Below are positions 10,052-21,590 of a DNA stretch of 42,117 nt, piece after piece; the stretch's first letter is position 1, and each line of letters starts with the position of its first letter. A program made the position numbers and the translations under genes. This DNA comes from Nemertoderma westbladi (lineage: Eukaryota; Animalia; Xenacoelomorpha): NCBI GenBank assembly GCA_032718475.1, contig JAUCBJ010002353.1:1-42117 (forward strand). The letters are read 5' to 3'. Below the pieces are notes generated by a model. The model did no database searches. It had not been told where the DNA came from and saw nothing but the letters and a program-made list of their open reading frames with translations.

Positions 10052-12230
10052 CAGGGCCGGATTAAGGTGGGGGGGGGGGGGGGGGGGGGGGGGGGGGTCA
10101 CGGGGCCCGGGCCACCCACCAAGAGGGGCCTCCCACCAATTCCACCAAAACAACCATAAATTTTAATATAATTTTATGACTTTGAATTTTTGCCAGAATT
10201 AGCGAAATTCAAATATTCTGTCAGAGTGCTTGAGTTTTACAAGAGTTTGCAGATTTTTAGCACGAGCGAAGCGAGTAAGTGGAAAACAGTGTTTTCCGTT
10301 TTTTTATATCGAATATATTGTTTTATTTGAAAAAAATATCACCAGCGTTATCAATGTTTACGACGTACAGTATAATAATACTAGGGTATGTTTAATGATT
10401 AAGATTAATTTAATTAATTTAATTTAGAAGATTGTGTGAGCTACAGTACTGTACCTGTACAGTAAGGTACCCGACAAGCCTCGGTCTACATTATACAATC
10501 ATTTATGTACCAGGAACTTATTCAATTATACGAAAGTATGTATCAATTTGATTATATTGTGTAGTAAATAGTTCATAATAAGAAAAAATTAGTTAAAAAA
10601 AAGTAAAAAATTAGTTAAAAAAAGTAAAAATTAGTTTAAAAAGAAGTAAAAAATTAGTTCAAAAAAGACATTTTTAAAACTACTGTAATTTTCTGAAAAT
10701 CAATGAAAAAAAGTTAGATTAATTAACTCAATTTTAAAAATATTAGTGGGAAAAAGAGCCTTTTTCAAATAAAAATTTTTTGTATGTATAAAATCAATTT
10801 ATTATTCCATTACTAAATTATAAAATCAGGCGAAGCACAAATGATCACAAATTAATTAAGTAGAATAATTAAGATAGAAGCACAGGTTAACAATAAATAT
10901 TTACAATAAAGAAACAGATATGTAATCAGTACATATCTGGGTCAACACCCCGAATCCCCGCCCCATCCCCAAACCCGAGGCCCCTCCATGGCCTCCTACC
11001 ACCCCGGAGGCACAGAGAGGTCGTCCGAAGGAGACCAAACTGCAGCCGCCGCCTCACCGCACCCAAAACCTCTCCTAAACCCCGCTGTCTCATCCCGACC
11101 CTCTTAGAGCATAGGGTCTCCGCAAGGTGCCGGATGAATACAGCCGCCTCCGCACCCCACACACCGTCGGTGGAACACACCAACGGGGTGAAGTGCATCC
11201 TGCGGGATTCGCAGGCCTCCTGGTAGTGGGCCCGCTTGACCCGCTCCCTCTGGGCGAGTAAGGTCTCCGTTGAGGCGTTGGAACGAACATAGGAAGTGGC
11301 GTCAAGATTTATAATCGATACGTCGAAAGACGCCACTACCTGGTTCGCCCAAACACCCCTGGATACCAAATCCGCCCTCACCCCCTCCACAGCCTGCCCA
11401 TCCGAGACCTGGTGACCTTCGGCCAGGGTGACCTCCCGCTCGACGTTAGTCGCACCGAAGGCCTCCGCAAGAAGGTCACCAAACACGTCCCGGATCTCAT
11501 TGTGCCGGCGAATAACTAGCCCTCCGACCTTGCAGCTGAGAGCGTGCGCAGTGTCGAAGGGCTCGCCGCAGCCCTCGCAGTTTACTGGAAGGTCTGGGGG
11601 CGCCATACTATACCGCAACGCGAGGTTGTCCCGAAAAGACTGCGGGTCCAGGTCGGTGTGGTCTATGGGCGAGGAGAAAAATTGTTCCCTAACCATACCG
11701 GACTGGTAGTATAAAAATATGTTAAAAATAGGCGTAGGTCTACCAGTCTGCCAGTATTGACATTAGTCCAAAACAAACAAAGAGTAAGTCCAAACTAGGG
11801 TTCAACAGAAGGCACTTTATGGGGCCGATGCCGAACCGAAGCAGTGCAGAAAGTTCAGAAAGTTAGCAAGTTGTGGTCGTGATGTCATATTTACGTCATT
11901 ATACTGGTTGTTGGTCCGCGGACTGGAGTTCTGTATAATAATAAAGTAGCCACAGTTATTTTTTAGGCCTACGTTTAAGATTCATGTTGAACCCCCAAAC
12001 TAAACTAAACTAAAAAATTACAACCTACACCCCCCCCCCCCCCCCCCCCCCCCCCCTTCCGATTTACAAATCCTGGCTACACCACCTGGGTTGCTGGGTT
12101 TCTCATATTATTGAATAATAATAAATTACTCACGTTCAGTGAAAAAAAAACTGTATGTAATAGGGGAATTGGAGAGGGGGCCTCCTTTCCAAGTGGGCCC
12201 CAGGCCTCCCACCGGCTTAATGCGGCACTG
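10052..12230. mobile_element. Non-autonomous hAT-type DNA transposon
   Basis: TIRs CAGGGCCGGATTAAG / CTTAATGCGGCACTG and a perfect 8-bp TSD AGATATTG at 10044-10051 and 12231-12238. Confidence 0.88.
10926..11696 (-). CDS. Zn-knuckle + restriction-like endonuclease (C-terminus of a CRE-clade non-LTR retrotransposon), no RT
   Basis: FRDNLALRY, CEGC-x7-HALSC, RRHNEIRD, RADL...FDV, E..K...Y, FTPLVCSTDG, LRG. GC-rich compared with its flanks. Downstream AATAAA and A6, and a possible TSD ATAAAAAT (10769/11711). Confidence 0.85.
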   Translation of the reverse strand: MVREQFFSSPIDHTDLDPQSFRDNLALRYSMAPPDLPVNCEGCGEPFDTAHALSCKVGGLVIRRHNEIRDVFGDLLAEAFGATNVEREVTLAEGHQVSDGQAVEGVRADLVSRGVWANQVVASFDVSIINLDATSYVRSNASTETLLAQRERVKRAHYQEACESRRMHFTPLVCSTDGVWGAEAAVFIRHLAETLCSKRVGMRQRGLGEVLGAVRRRLQFGLLRTTSLCLRGGRRPWRGLGFGDGAGIRGVDPDMY

Positions 12231-12679
12231 AGATATTGTAAATGTAAACTCAACAACTCAACTCAATATCGTGATGTTTGAAGGGATTAAATAAATGCAT
12301 GTTAATTGATCAAAGTTTAAACCGTATTTGATTTGCATTTCTGTCTGAACCCCGAGGTAATTTGCGTAGCAGGTGCAGACAGGAGACCATAAGGAGTGCT
12401 TACTGATTAGGTGATATCGAGTACCAATTACCACTCAGGGTAGGCATATCTCTACTACTGTAGTACAGTATTATCGTCTCCAGCTGTTGTTGGTGCCGTA
12501 GATCAATGAAACAGCAATGCACTCTACATTGCTTTAAAGCTGCATCGATGAGAAGCCAGACGGGGCTCATTGTATCTGTATTTAACCGACCCGCCAGTTG
12601 AATATCAATTAATTTCCGGTCGATAGAAGTAATTATTACTGAGTTGGTTTTAAAATCTGTCTCAACACACACACGAGTA

Positions 12680-12880
12680 AAGGGATAATTTTCGACGCAA
12701 TCAAAATTTATCTATCTCCGGGGGAATATCAACACAAATGATAATAGCAGATTACTCCCAAAATTAAACTGTATCCTGTTCTATTGGCTTTAGTTTATTG
12801 TTTCACTTAGAATAACGAGCCACTATCTGCTCCTTTCCCTTAATTAATAATTGAACACTGAGGCGAGATATTTATTCGCC
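12680..12880 (-). repeat. Dispersed ~200-250 bp repeat family (other copies 17078-17110 + 18611-18785, 23568-23730, 23960-24160)
   Basis: Shared core AGGGAAAGGAGCAG(GT)TA..GTGG..C.TTATT and GCGAAT.AATATC.CGCCT.A.TGTT.AATT. Confidence 0.7.
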
Positions 12881-13997
12881 AGATGAGATTTGTGTGAAGC
12901 ACCCCCCCCCCCCCCCCCCCTGTCTCCAACCCGTTACAATTGTGAAGAGTTTGGGGATTACAGTTTGCCAAATTTACTTTATCAAATATCTAAGAATGTT
13001 ATGATTGTTCAGCAATTTCTGACGACGAGACAGATATAGTATACAGTAGATAGAGTAGATATAATAGATACAGTAGATACGACCGTGAATTTCTACAACC
13101 CGGTCCGAGGCCGATGTGTAGGCCTAATACATATTAAAACAGACAGTTGGCCTAAATATGTACTGCAGGGGATGACTGAGAAATCCGTGGCATTTAGTTT
13201 TATTATCAGAAAATAATATCGTTGGATAAAACCCATCCTTTCGAACAGAGGCCAAACCTTATTAATTGCCTTTTTGTGCGAAGGAAAAAATAGGAGTTTC
13301 CTTTCTCGAGGTCAATTACTTGACGGCCTAGCCGTTTGTTGAGTTAGAGATCGGTCAGTTTGCTTTCAAGGCGCTGCGTTTTTGTTAATGGTGATTATTG
13401 CAAAGTTGGGGGGGGGGGGGGGGAGAGATTGGTTTGGGTAGTAACCGGAAGCAGTTGGGAAATAGTTATAGAAATAGATGCAAATAACACGAGAGTTTGT
13501 TTGCTCACTTAGGCTGATTTAGATTTAAGAGTAAATCAAGAATATCTATCTTATGATAACTACTTGTCACTTCAAACTTACATAGTTACCATTTCTACTG
13601 AAACTCGTCTGGAACCAAAAAATAATACTTTCAGTCATATAACATACGTAGTATCTGCCAATAAAGCCAAGTTGAGGAGCCACGTTACCCAGTTGAGGAG
13701 CCACGTTAGCCAGTTGAGGAGCCACTTTAATTAATTGTCTCTGACTGAGGTTTTATTTTCTCAGGAGATTGTGTTAACCTAAACAATCGTAAACCTGCTA
13801 CTAATGAAATCGTGAGAAAGTTGACGGCATTAAAGTTAATTTCAGGGTGCGTGTTGTAACTCATCAACCGTAGGTCTATCTACTGTAGTAGACCTACTGT
13901 AATTGTGAGTGGATCAAAATTCGCTGTCATAGGAACAAAGTTCGCAATAGATTTGCGAGACAGACAGACTAATTAAATTTCTTAGGGTCAAAATTCG

Positions 13998-14279
13998 GCC
14001 CATGTGAAGAATACCAGACTTTCTGCCGTTATATTTCACTTTGCTGTTACCCCATGTGAAGAATACCAGGTTTTCACCAAAAACACAGGTTACAGAAGGG
14101 CTGAATTTAACCAAAACAATAAACGAATTAGTATATGTACACTGTACAGGTTATAGGACAGAAATAAGCGTTATAAAACACTTAATAAAGATAAATAAAA
14201 ATAAATAAAAAATCTTTATATATAAAATTCCAATAAAAAGTCGACCGAAAACTGAAATCCTGGTATTCTTCACATGGGC
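13998..14279. mobile_element. MITE with perfect 20-bp TIRs (GCCCATGTGAAGAATACCAG)
   Basis: TIRs at 13998 and 14260-14279. CAAAATTCG on both sides may be a 9-bp TSD, but the host is a tandem repeat containing that motif. Same family recurs at 37096-37672. Confidence 0.8.
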
Positions 14280-14299
14280 GCAAAATTCGTTATAATAGG

Positions 14300-14450
14300 A
14301 AGAAAATTCGCTGTGAATTGGAACAAAATTCGCTGCGAATTGGAACAAAGTTCGCTGCGAATTGGAACAAAGTTCGCTAAGAATTGGAACAAAGTTCGCT
14401 GCGAATTGGAACAAAATTCGCATTTTCCCATTTAGGAACAAAGTTCGCGC
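14300..14450. repeat. 22-bp tandem repeat (AATTGGAACAAAGTTCGCTGCG)n
   Basis: About 5-6 visible copies; related units occur at 13915-13945. Confidence 0.8.
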
Positions 14451-15936
14451 TCCGAACTGTAGGCCTATTACAGAATAACACCGAGTTATTGATTTGCTAG
14501 TTTTTCGGGTTCCAGCCGAAAACAATCCATTTCCAGAGATGAAATCCTGAAGATGGACGGAATTTCGGTTTAATTAGAAATCCTGAAGATGGACCGAATT
14601 TCGGTTAACACTATCGCCATAGACCCAGGGCGATGTAGGTGATTGATGCAGAATGCATGCTGATTCACTCTATCAGTAGCTGCTTGTAGATTGTGATGGA
14701 AATTTTCCACCTACTCTACTGGGGCAACAACACCAGTTGATGATGATGCATGTGCTGTTGGATTCATCAATAGATGAATTCTACCATTGCCAATATCATC
14801 TGCTGATACCAGGGAAAATCGCCAAGCACTCCGATCTTCTTAATCAGAACCTCATCAGTCTGTCCAGTCCAAATAAAACATAGTGTATCTTTATGGTATT
14901 CTTATATTACACTCGGTAACTTTTAAAGCTATGTTGAAAGTTGGCAATGTTGAAAATGGGGCCTTTTAAAAGGAATCCATATTGATTCCCCACTCATGCT
15001 CTGACGGTGATTTTCAAATTTATGGGCCCCTTTCAACCTGGTGCCCATAGACTGCAGCCTAGTAAGCCTATGCGTTAAAGCGGTGCTGAATAACCGCATT
15101 CAACCCCTTACTAACAAACACTATTGAGTGAGATAAAAGATTTATCTTGGACATTGAACCCACACAGAACTACAGTATTTGCATCCAAAGGCAAAGGTTT
15201 ACAATGCAATATCATGTATGCCGTAATGGACCACACATTGTCTCTGCCTACAATTTTATACGTAATGTAAAGGTACATTAGAGCAGGCAGCTGGCTTATA
15301 AGGTTTATTGTAGCCTACAGTATATGGTTTATACTGTAGTAGGCCTACTACTGTAGCATTATGATGGGGGAATGGTTCCCTATGTTAGTCATCTGTTGCT
15401 TGATTATTTTGCATTAATTATTTTATGTAATTTTATTTTAATAAATTGTATTTAGCTGGGATAACTTTTAGTAAATGTAGTGTAGCAGCCTGTTCATTCA
15501 ATAATCTTGTGTGTTTCTTAGTAAATGTAATGTAAGGCCTACTGTATGTAGTATACCAAATTAATTAATTATGTTTATATAGTACAGTGTAATCTAATCC
15601 GGTGTGTTTGTTTATTTAGTAAATATTGAGTAGCAGCCTATTCATTCTGTCTGACTGTAGCAGTATGTTCATATTTTACAATAATACTTTAGTGATCAAT
15701 TGCATCATGTTTTATTTTAATAATTAATTAATTTAAATTTTTAAATTAAAATTTTTAAATTAAAATTTTTAAATTATAATTTTAATATATAATTAATATT
15801 CTAATATATAATTTTTAGTATTAGCCTAGCCTATGTATCTCTTATTGTTTGGTTGTTTATATAGTATTGATTTTATTTATATGAAGAATTTCACAATTTT
15901 ACACCCCAATAATATTTCACATTAAACAACCTCAAA

Positions 15937-16926
15937 ATGACTGAAGTTAATGGCAACGATATCAATTGTGGTAGATCAGTCAATGTGAGCGATTATCTCC
16001 ATGATCAAACGAAATTCATTGGCCGTTTGAAATATTTCTCTAAAGTGACAGACCCTCGTAACATATTTGTTACAAATAATACTTTAGACGCAGCCAAAGA
16101 TCTCGTAGAATCAAGTCGCCTTGGGAACCAACCCCCGGGGACCACAGTCGATGACGTCATTAAAGCGAAATACCTGGCGGATTCCGCGTTTCACGCGGAC
16201 ACAGGTCAGCGCATGAATCTGATTGGTCGGATGTCGTTCCAGGTCCCTGGCGGAATGGTCATAATAGCGGCGTTAATGCAGTTTTATAAAACAGCTCCGC
16301 AAGTTATATTCTGGCAGTGGGTGAACCAATCAAACAATGCGTTAGTTAATTACACCAATAGGAACGCTAATTCTCCTTCGACCAACAAGCAGATAGGCGT
16401 AGCTTACGTGTCGGCCACTACAGCTGCCGTAGTTACATCATTGGGTCTCAACAGAGCCCTGCGCTCAGCCCCGCCTCTGATTGGTCGGTTCGTCCCATTG
16501 GTCGCTGTTGCAGCAGCTAACTGCGTAAACATTCCGTTAATGAGACAACAAGAATTGACCAATGGGGTGTCTGTATTGGACGACAATGGTAATACGCTAG
16601 GATTGTCTCGCATTGCTGCTGGCCTGGGAATTTCTCAAGTGTGTATCTCTCGTATCTCCATAGCAACGCCATGCATGGTATTAGCGCCAGTTGTCATGGA
16701 GAAGGTTCTAGAACCAATGGCTTGGATGAAACGAATTAAACCGTTCCATGTATTCGTGCAGGCGGGGTTGTGCGGATTATGTCTGGTATTTATGGTTCCT
16801 GTCGGATGCTCATTGTTCCCACAAAAAGCTGCTATTCCTGTTTCGTATTTAGAATCGGAATTGAAGCATTCGATTTATAAAACGAACTCAAAACTAAGTT
16901 ATGTCACATTTAATAAAGGTTTATAA
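15937..16926 (+). CDS. SFXN2: Sideroflexin-2-like mitochondrial inner-membrane transporter, single-exon CDS
   Basis: DQTKFIGR..F..VTDPR, SAFH.DTG, GRMSFQVPGGM (SFXN2-type), WQWVNQS.NALVNYTNRNA, NIPLMRQQEL, C-terminal FNKGL. AATAAA at ~17007. Confidence 0.93.
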   Translation: MTEVNGNDINCGRSVNVSDYLHDQTKFIGRLKYFSKVTDPRNIFVTNNTLDAAKDLVESSRLGNQPPGTTVDDVIKAKYLADSAFHADTGQRMNLIGRMSFQVPGGMVIIAALMQFYKTAPQVIFWQWVNQSNNALVNYTNRNANSPSTNKQIGVAYVSATTAAVVTSLGLNRALRSAPPLIGRFVPLVAVAAANCVNIPLMRQQELTNGVSVLDDNGNTLGLSRIAAGLGISQVCISRISIATPCMVLAPVVMEKVLEPMAWMKRIKPFHVFVQAGLCGLCLVFMVPVGCSLFPQKAAIPVSYLESELKHSIYKTNSKLSYVTFNKGL

Positions 16927-17110
16927 TAATGAAAATACTAGCTCGTAATCGATTTTAGGTTCAATCAATTTATTACAGTATAGGTTATTGACAATTAATT
17001 GTAGCGAATAAAAATAAGCATTAAAGGCCAACAAGAGAAAAGGGTATTTTTAATAATGAGACGCTAATCGCATCTCAGCGAATGAATATCTCGCCTGAAT
17101 GTTAAATTAT

Positions 17111-18610
17111 TAGCAAGTCGTTAGACTTGATTACTGTAAGAATTGTTGACTGACTGACTGGCTGGCTGGCTGGCTGACTGGCTGGCTGGCTGGCTGGCTG
17201 ATCTACAGCCAAAACTACTCTAACGATTTTGATGAAATTTTCACAGCGGCTGGATACCGCGATTCTAAGGTCTCAGGTATGTTCCGCTATTTCGTCCATG
17301 AGCCGTGGGCTCGAAAAATAGACATAAACGAAAAAACGCCATTGGCGCAATGGTAAAATAACACCAATGACAGCTGGTGCCGTGATGAAAAATGGCTTAT
17401 GTAATGCATTTCTACACAAGGCTTAGTATAAATCGATGAGGTTGCCAAGATTATTGTACTTAGTACACCCATACTATTTGTTTAGGCCCTGCACTCTCTG
17501 TCAAAGCAAATATTAACTGGTTGATTTAGTTTGTGGTACTACACAGGCTTAGTATAAATCGATGAGGCTGCCAACTGGTTGGTTTAGTTTGCAATCTATT
17601 ACCGCCTCAGCTGAATAACTCTTCCCCCTGCTGAATGACTATTAGGTATACAGTGTATCGGCTACATTATGCCAACATTAATACTGTGGAGGCTGTATGC
17701 TTGTAAGGTGGAATGTTTACTCAGCCTTATACTGATACTCTGTAAGGCTAAGACTAACATTATAGTTTGAAATATAAAAATCACTTCTTATTATCTGTAT
17801 TGGGTTAATAATCACTGTGGCATTCAAAATGTTTTATAGGTGATTGACATGTAGTGCAAGCTGAATGACTGTTAGTTACAGAGTACTACTGCACTGTATT
17901 TTATTTTTAATCTTTCGTCCAACATTAATACTTTGGAGGTTGTATGCTTATAAGGCGAATGTTTACTCAGCTTCATACTGATACACTGTAAGGCTAACAC
18001 TAACGTTATAGTTTAAAACATAAAAATCACTGCTTATTATCTGTATCAGGTTACACACTGTGGCATTCAAAATGTTTAAATGTTTTATAGGTGATTGATA
18101 TTTAGTGCAAGCTGAATGACTGTTAGTTACAGAGTACTATTGCACTGTATTTTATTTTTAAATCTTTTGGCCAACATTAATACTGTGGAGGCTGTATGCT
18201 TATAAGGCGGAATGTTTACTCAGCCTCATACTGATACTCTGTAAGGCTTACACTAACATTATAGTTTGAAATATAAAAATAACTGCTTATTATCTGTATT
18301 GGGTTAATCACTGTGGCATTCAAAATGCTTTGTTAGGTGAATGACATTTAGTGGCTAAGATTATTCTCTGTCAGATTCCCTTCACACCATAGGCAAACAT
18401 TGTTGAGGCTGAGGGAATTTACTTTAGTTTACTCTACTGAGTCATTCAGCTGAATGGATTTGAGCAATTGCCAAATTACAGAGTGGGATCTCTCTCTGAC
18501 CATAGATAAATAACACTTCCCTTCTGAACAAAGGTAAACATTGTTGAGGGAACTTACCTTTGATTGACGACTTCCGACTTGCTTAACGGCGTCTTGACGC
18601 CGTCTCTAGT
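17111..18610 (+). mobile_element. Helentron/DINE-1-like non-autonomous element (HINE) with core repeats
   Basis: Sub-TIR AGCAAGTCG (17112) / CGACTTGCT (18575); (GACT/GGCT)n at 17148-17200; three ~250-bp core repeats (17671, ~17918, 18170); 3' hairpin ACGGCGTC-TT-GACGCCGT followed by CTAGT. Confidence 0.85.
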
Positions 18611-19635
18611 AAATAAGGGAAAGGAGCAGGTTACTGTGGTACATTATTATAACTTATAGAATACAAACTTATAGAAAGTCAATTGAACTGTTCTTTTATT
18701 TTGAGTCTATGATTAAATCACCTGTTATATGCGTCAATTTTCCCATGGAGAAGGATAAATTGTGTTAGCGTCCTGAGTCGCCCCATCGTTTCGTTTCGTT
18801 TCGTTTCGTGAGATTAAACATCGGCACCACCAACTACTAGCACTGATTCAATTGGTTGGATTGCAATGGTAAATAAACCGTTACGAGTAATCAAAATATG
18901 GAAAACTATTAATCAGCGTTTTTACGCAGAATTCCATAGTGATAATGGTGCAGTTAGTCTGACTTTTATTTTGATATTTTTCGCCAAAAACCTGTGTCCT
19001 GCCTTTAATCTTACATTCGTTCCGCTTCTAATGGAATGTTACCAGTAATGCGCTAATATTGTGAACCACAGTTATCGATTTAGTGGTGAGTAGAATTTAT
19101 CAAAACAACATTTTTTTTTGAGATATTTGCAAACAGTAGCTGGATAATCAATCAAACATGACATCAATGAATTATAAGCAATGTGCGGTGCCTCTAATGA
19201 AAATTAGTTCTTGCATTGTAAACATTAGTCCTGTAATTATGCACATATTACAGAAGGATTAATACCTTTTTGTCTCCCACTCCCCTTAGTTAGCAATTCG
19301 TAATGTAAGTAGTTTCCAACACCATGTCAGTTAAAAAGAAGACAATACAAACAAGATAGTAAACAAAGTCTTTGTGGCAAAATTAGCGCGGTATGAAAGT
19401 TGTCCACGGTTTATGATGAAATTCGCTTCATCGCAACGTTTGCGAGATTAATAAAAATAAACTATTTGTGTGAAAATTCATATGCAATAAAATTATATGC
19501 CATCTAGTGGGCGTTATCGGTAATAGCTGGAAATATGGTAGATCAATTATTAATTATAGGAAATTGAGGAAATAATAATAAAAAGAGAAAATATATCATA
19601 TTTAAGCTTTAATAATGAATTAATGAATTGTTTCA

Positions 19636-20403
19636 TCATGAAATAACTGTAAAATAGTCTGAAAGTAATTCGCAACCAGTTTCTGAATCAGCCGTAGCTA
19701 CTAATGCAACGAGTCTCTGATTGGGTAAAAGGGATGAATCACAATAGACCTGTGGTGTATATGAAACATTAGGTATAAACTCTCTGAGACTGGAAGGGAA
19801 GTCTGTAGGAAGATTGAGTTCGACGTACTTTGTGTTGGCCGGAGAATTCCGAGTGGCATTGTTTATGTATTGGCCGATAGCTAAGGAGTTGGTGGGAGAT
19901 TCGGTGAGCCATGTGACGTCGATAGTGGAAGTCAGAGAGAGCCGGTCTCTGCGACTACACGATCGGTAGACCATGCGAGAGAGACCGCGGTCATTTCCGT
20001 CAACTAGCACCCCATCCTGGCAACGGAATATAAACCTGTTGCCTAGTGACTGTAGGAGTACTGGGTCCCCTGGTTGGTAGACGGTCCCGGGGTACAGCGC
20101 TACCAAGGCGCCACGGCTGATGGTCCCCGACCGGATGTAGACCCCCCTTCCGTTGTCATGGACCCCACTGCGCCGGCGTTCCAACGAGAATCCAAGGGAC
20201 TCCATACAGGACTCCACGGGATCTCGTCCGTCCCTAACAGCTGCTAAATAAGGAATTAAACTGTTCAGCAACTCGGTTGTGTCTTCCAGTTTTGTTTCTC
20301 TCGCTGTCCGCGGATAATGTTTAATATTTACAGCGAGCCAAGGAACGAAGCGGTATTTATAATCTCCCCAAAAATTAGCGAATTTTCTTAATAATTTACT
20401 CAT
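19636..20403 (-). CDS. SETD9: SET domain-containing protein 9, single-exon CDS
   Basis: YKYRFVPW, LGFS, YPGTVY, QSLGN.FIFRC.DGVL.DGND.G.S..VYRSC..RDRL, LAIGQYINN, EL.S.Y.TV.S. Shorter than the human protein in the N-terminal linker. Confidence 0.92.
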   Translation of the reverse strand: MSKLLRKFANFWGDYKYRFVPWLAVNIKHYPRTARETKLEDTTELLNSLIPYLAAVRDGRDPVESCMESLGFSLERRRSGVHDNGRGVYIRSGTISRGALVALYPGTVYQPGDPVLLQSLGNRFIFRCQDGVLVDGNDRGLSRMVYRSCSRRDRLSLTSTIDVTWLTESPTNSLAIGQYINNATRNSPANTKYVELNLPTDFPSSLREFIPNVSYTPQVYCDSSLLPNQRLVALVATADSETGCELLSDYFTVIS

Positions 20404-20728
20404 ATTATATTATTCCAGCGTTAAAATGGTTTATTTAATAAACTTTACAAAATAGAGTTGTAATTGTTAAAAAAACATAAATTGTTGGAATAATATGATT
20501 CCGTTTTATATTAACAATAATAATTATTCAATACCGGTAACATATTAAAAAATTTTTTTGAAAATCTAGAAAAAAATTATTTAATAAATTCCGAATATAA
20601 CAAACACTTAACCGTTCGAGTATTAGTGAAACGAAACTTAGAGGTAGACTTTACAAGAATTCAGTTGTAAGCAGCCCAGCGCATGGTGAGGCCATGGGAA
20701 ATTATATATTTGCAGTGAAATATAATGA

Positions 20729-21240
20729 TGTGGGGCGAGCCACGAAGTTGGCGGAGCCTTAGCGAATTGACACTGTTAGGGGGTGGGTCAATTTATGCAA
20801 ATAGTTGTCGTCGTCGTCGTTGTCGTCGTCGTCGTCGTCGTTGTCGTCGTCGTCGTCGTTACGATTTTGACATGCTAATAACTTTGTCGGATTTAAAGCT
20901 GCCAAGTTGAAAATTTGTAGGTATCAATATGAGCAAAAGTTGAGATTTTTGAGAGACTTTCAGACACCACCAGTGCAATGGTCTCCCGCTAGAGGGCCAC
21001 ATGTCTAAACATTAAATGCCCTCCCATTTCTTTGCTTTTAATCCGTTTAAGCTGAAACTTGGCAGATATGTATTAGACCATTAGCTGTGACTTTCAAAGG
21101 AGGCGAATCCATCTGCAGTTCTCCAGTCTGCCGCTAGAGGGCCAACGTGACTATTTGCATAAATTGACCTACCCCCTAACAGTGTCAATTCGCTAAGGCT
21201 CTGCCAACTTCGTGCTGCGCGAAGTCCCCACTTCGTGTAT
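20729..21240 (+). mobile_element. HINE/foldback-like element
   Basis: 65-bp inverted repeats (20741-20805 / 21150-21214, 2 mismatches), (GTC)n microsatellite at 20806-20860, 3' hairpin CGAAGT-CCCC-ACTTCG. Both ends are shared with 28279-29867. Confidence 0.8.
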
Positions 21241-21256
21241 GTTGTATGTATTGGCA

Positions 21257-21278
21257 CCGGAAGTGGGCACCGGAAGTG
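21257..21278. promoter_or_regulatory. Tandem ETS/GABP-type sites (CCGGAAGTG x2)
   Basis: Two perfect CCGGAAGTG, 13 bp apart, upstream of SETD9. Confidence 0.4.
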
Positions 21279-21590
21279 GGCAATATCAGAGAATCCGGTA
21301 GGATATTTTATTTTTTGTCATTATTTTCAGGAAATAAATATTTAAGAAGAAATAAATAAAAATATAATTATATTGATTAGAAAATTAACAAAACAAGCAA
21401 CTTTATCTGTTTTTATCTGTTTTTATATCCCTGGGAAATTCGATCTACTGGATATCAAGTTTTTATATCTAACTACGTAAAGTAATCGTTAGTAAATTAA
21501 TCTTTATGATAGAAGCACTTTTGGTTTGTTTTGTGGCTAAATTAACGAGTCACCCAATTATATAATTAACTCCAACTAAATCTGCGGCAT

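Noticed and set aside
20725-20910. Protamine-like Arg-rich ORF
   Set aside because: Translation of the (GTC)n microsatellite inside a repeat element.
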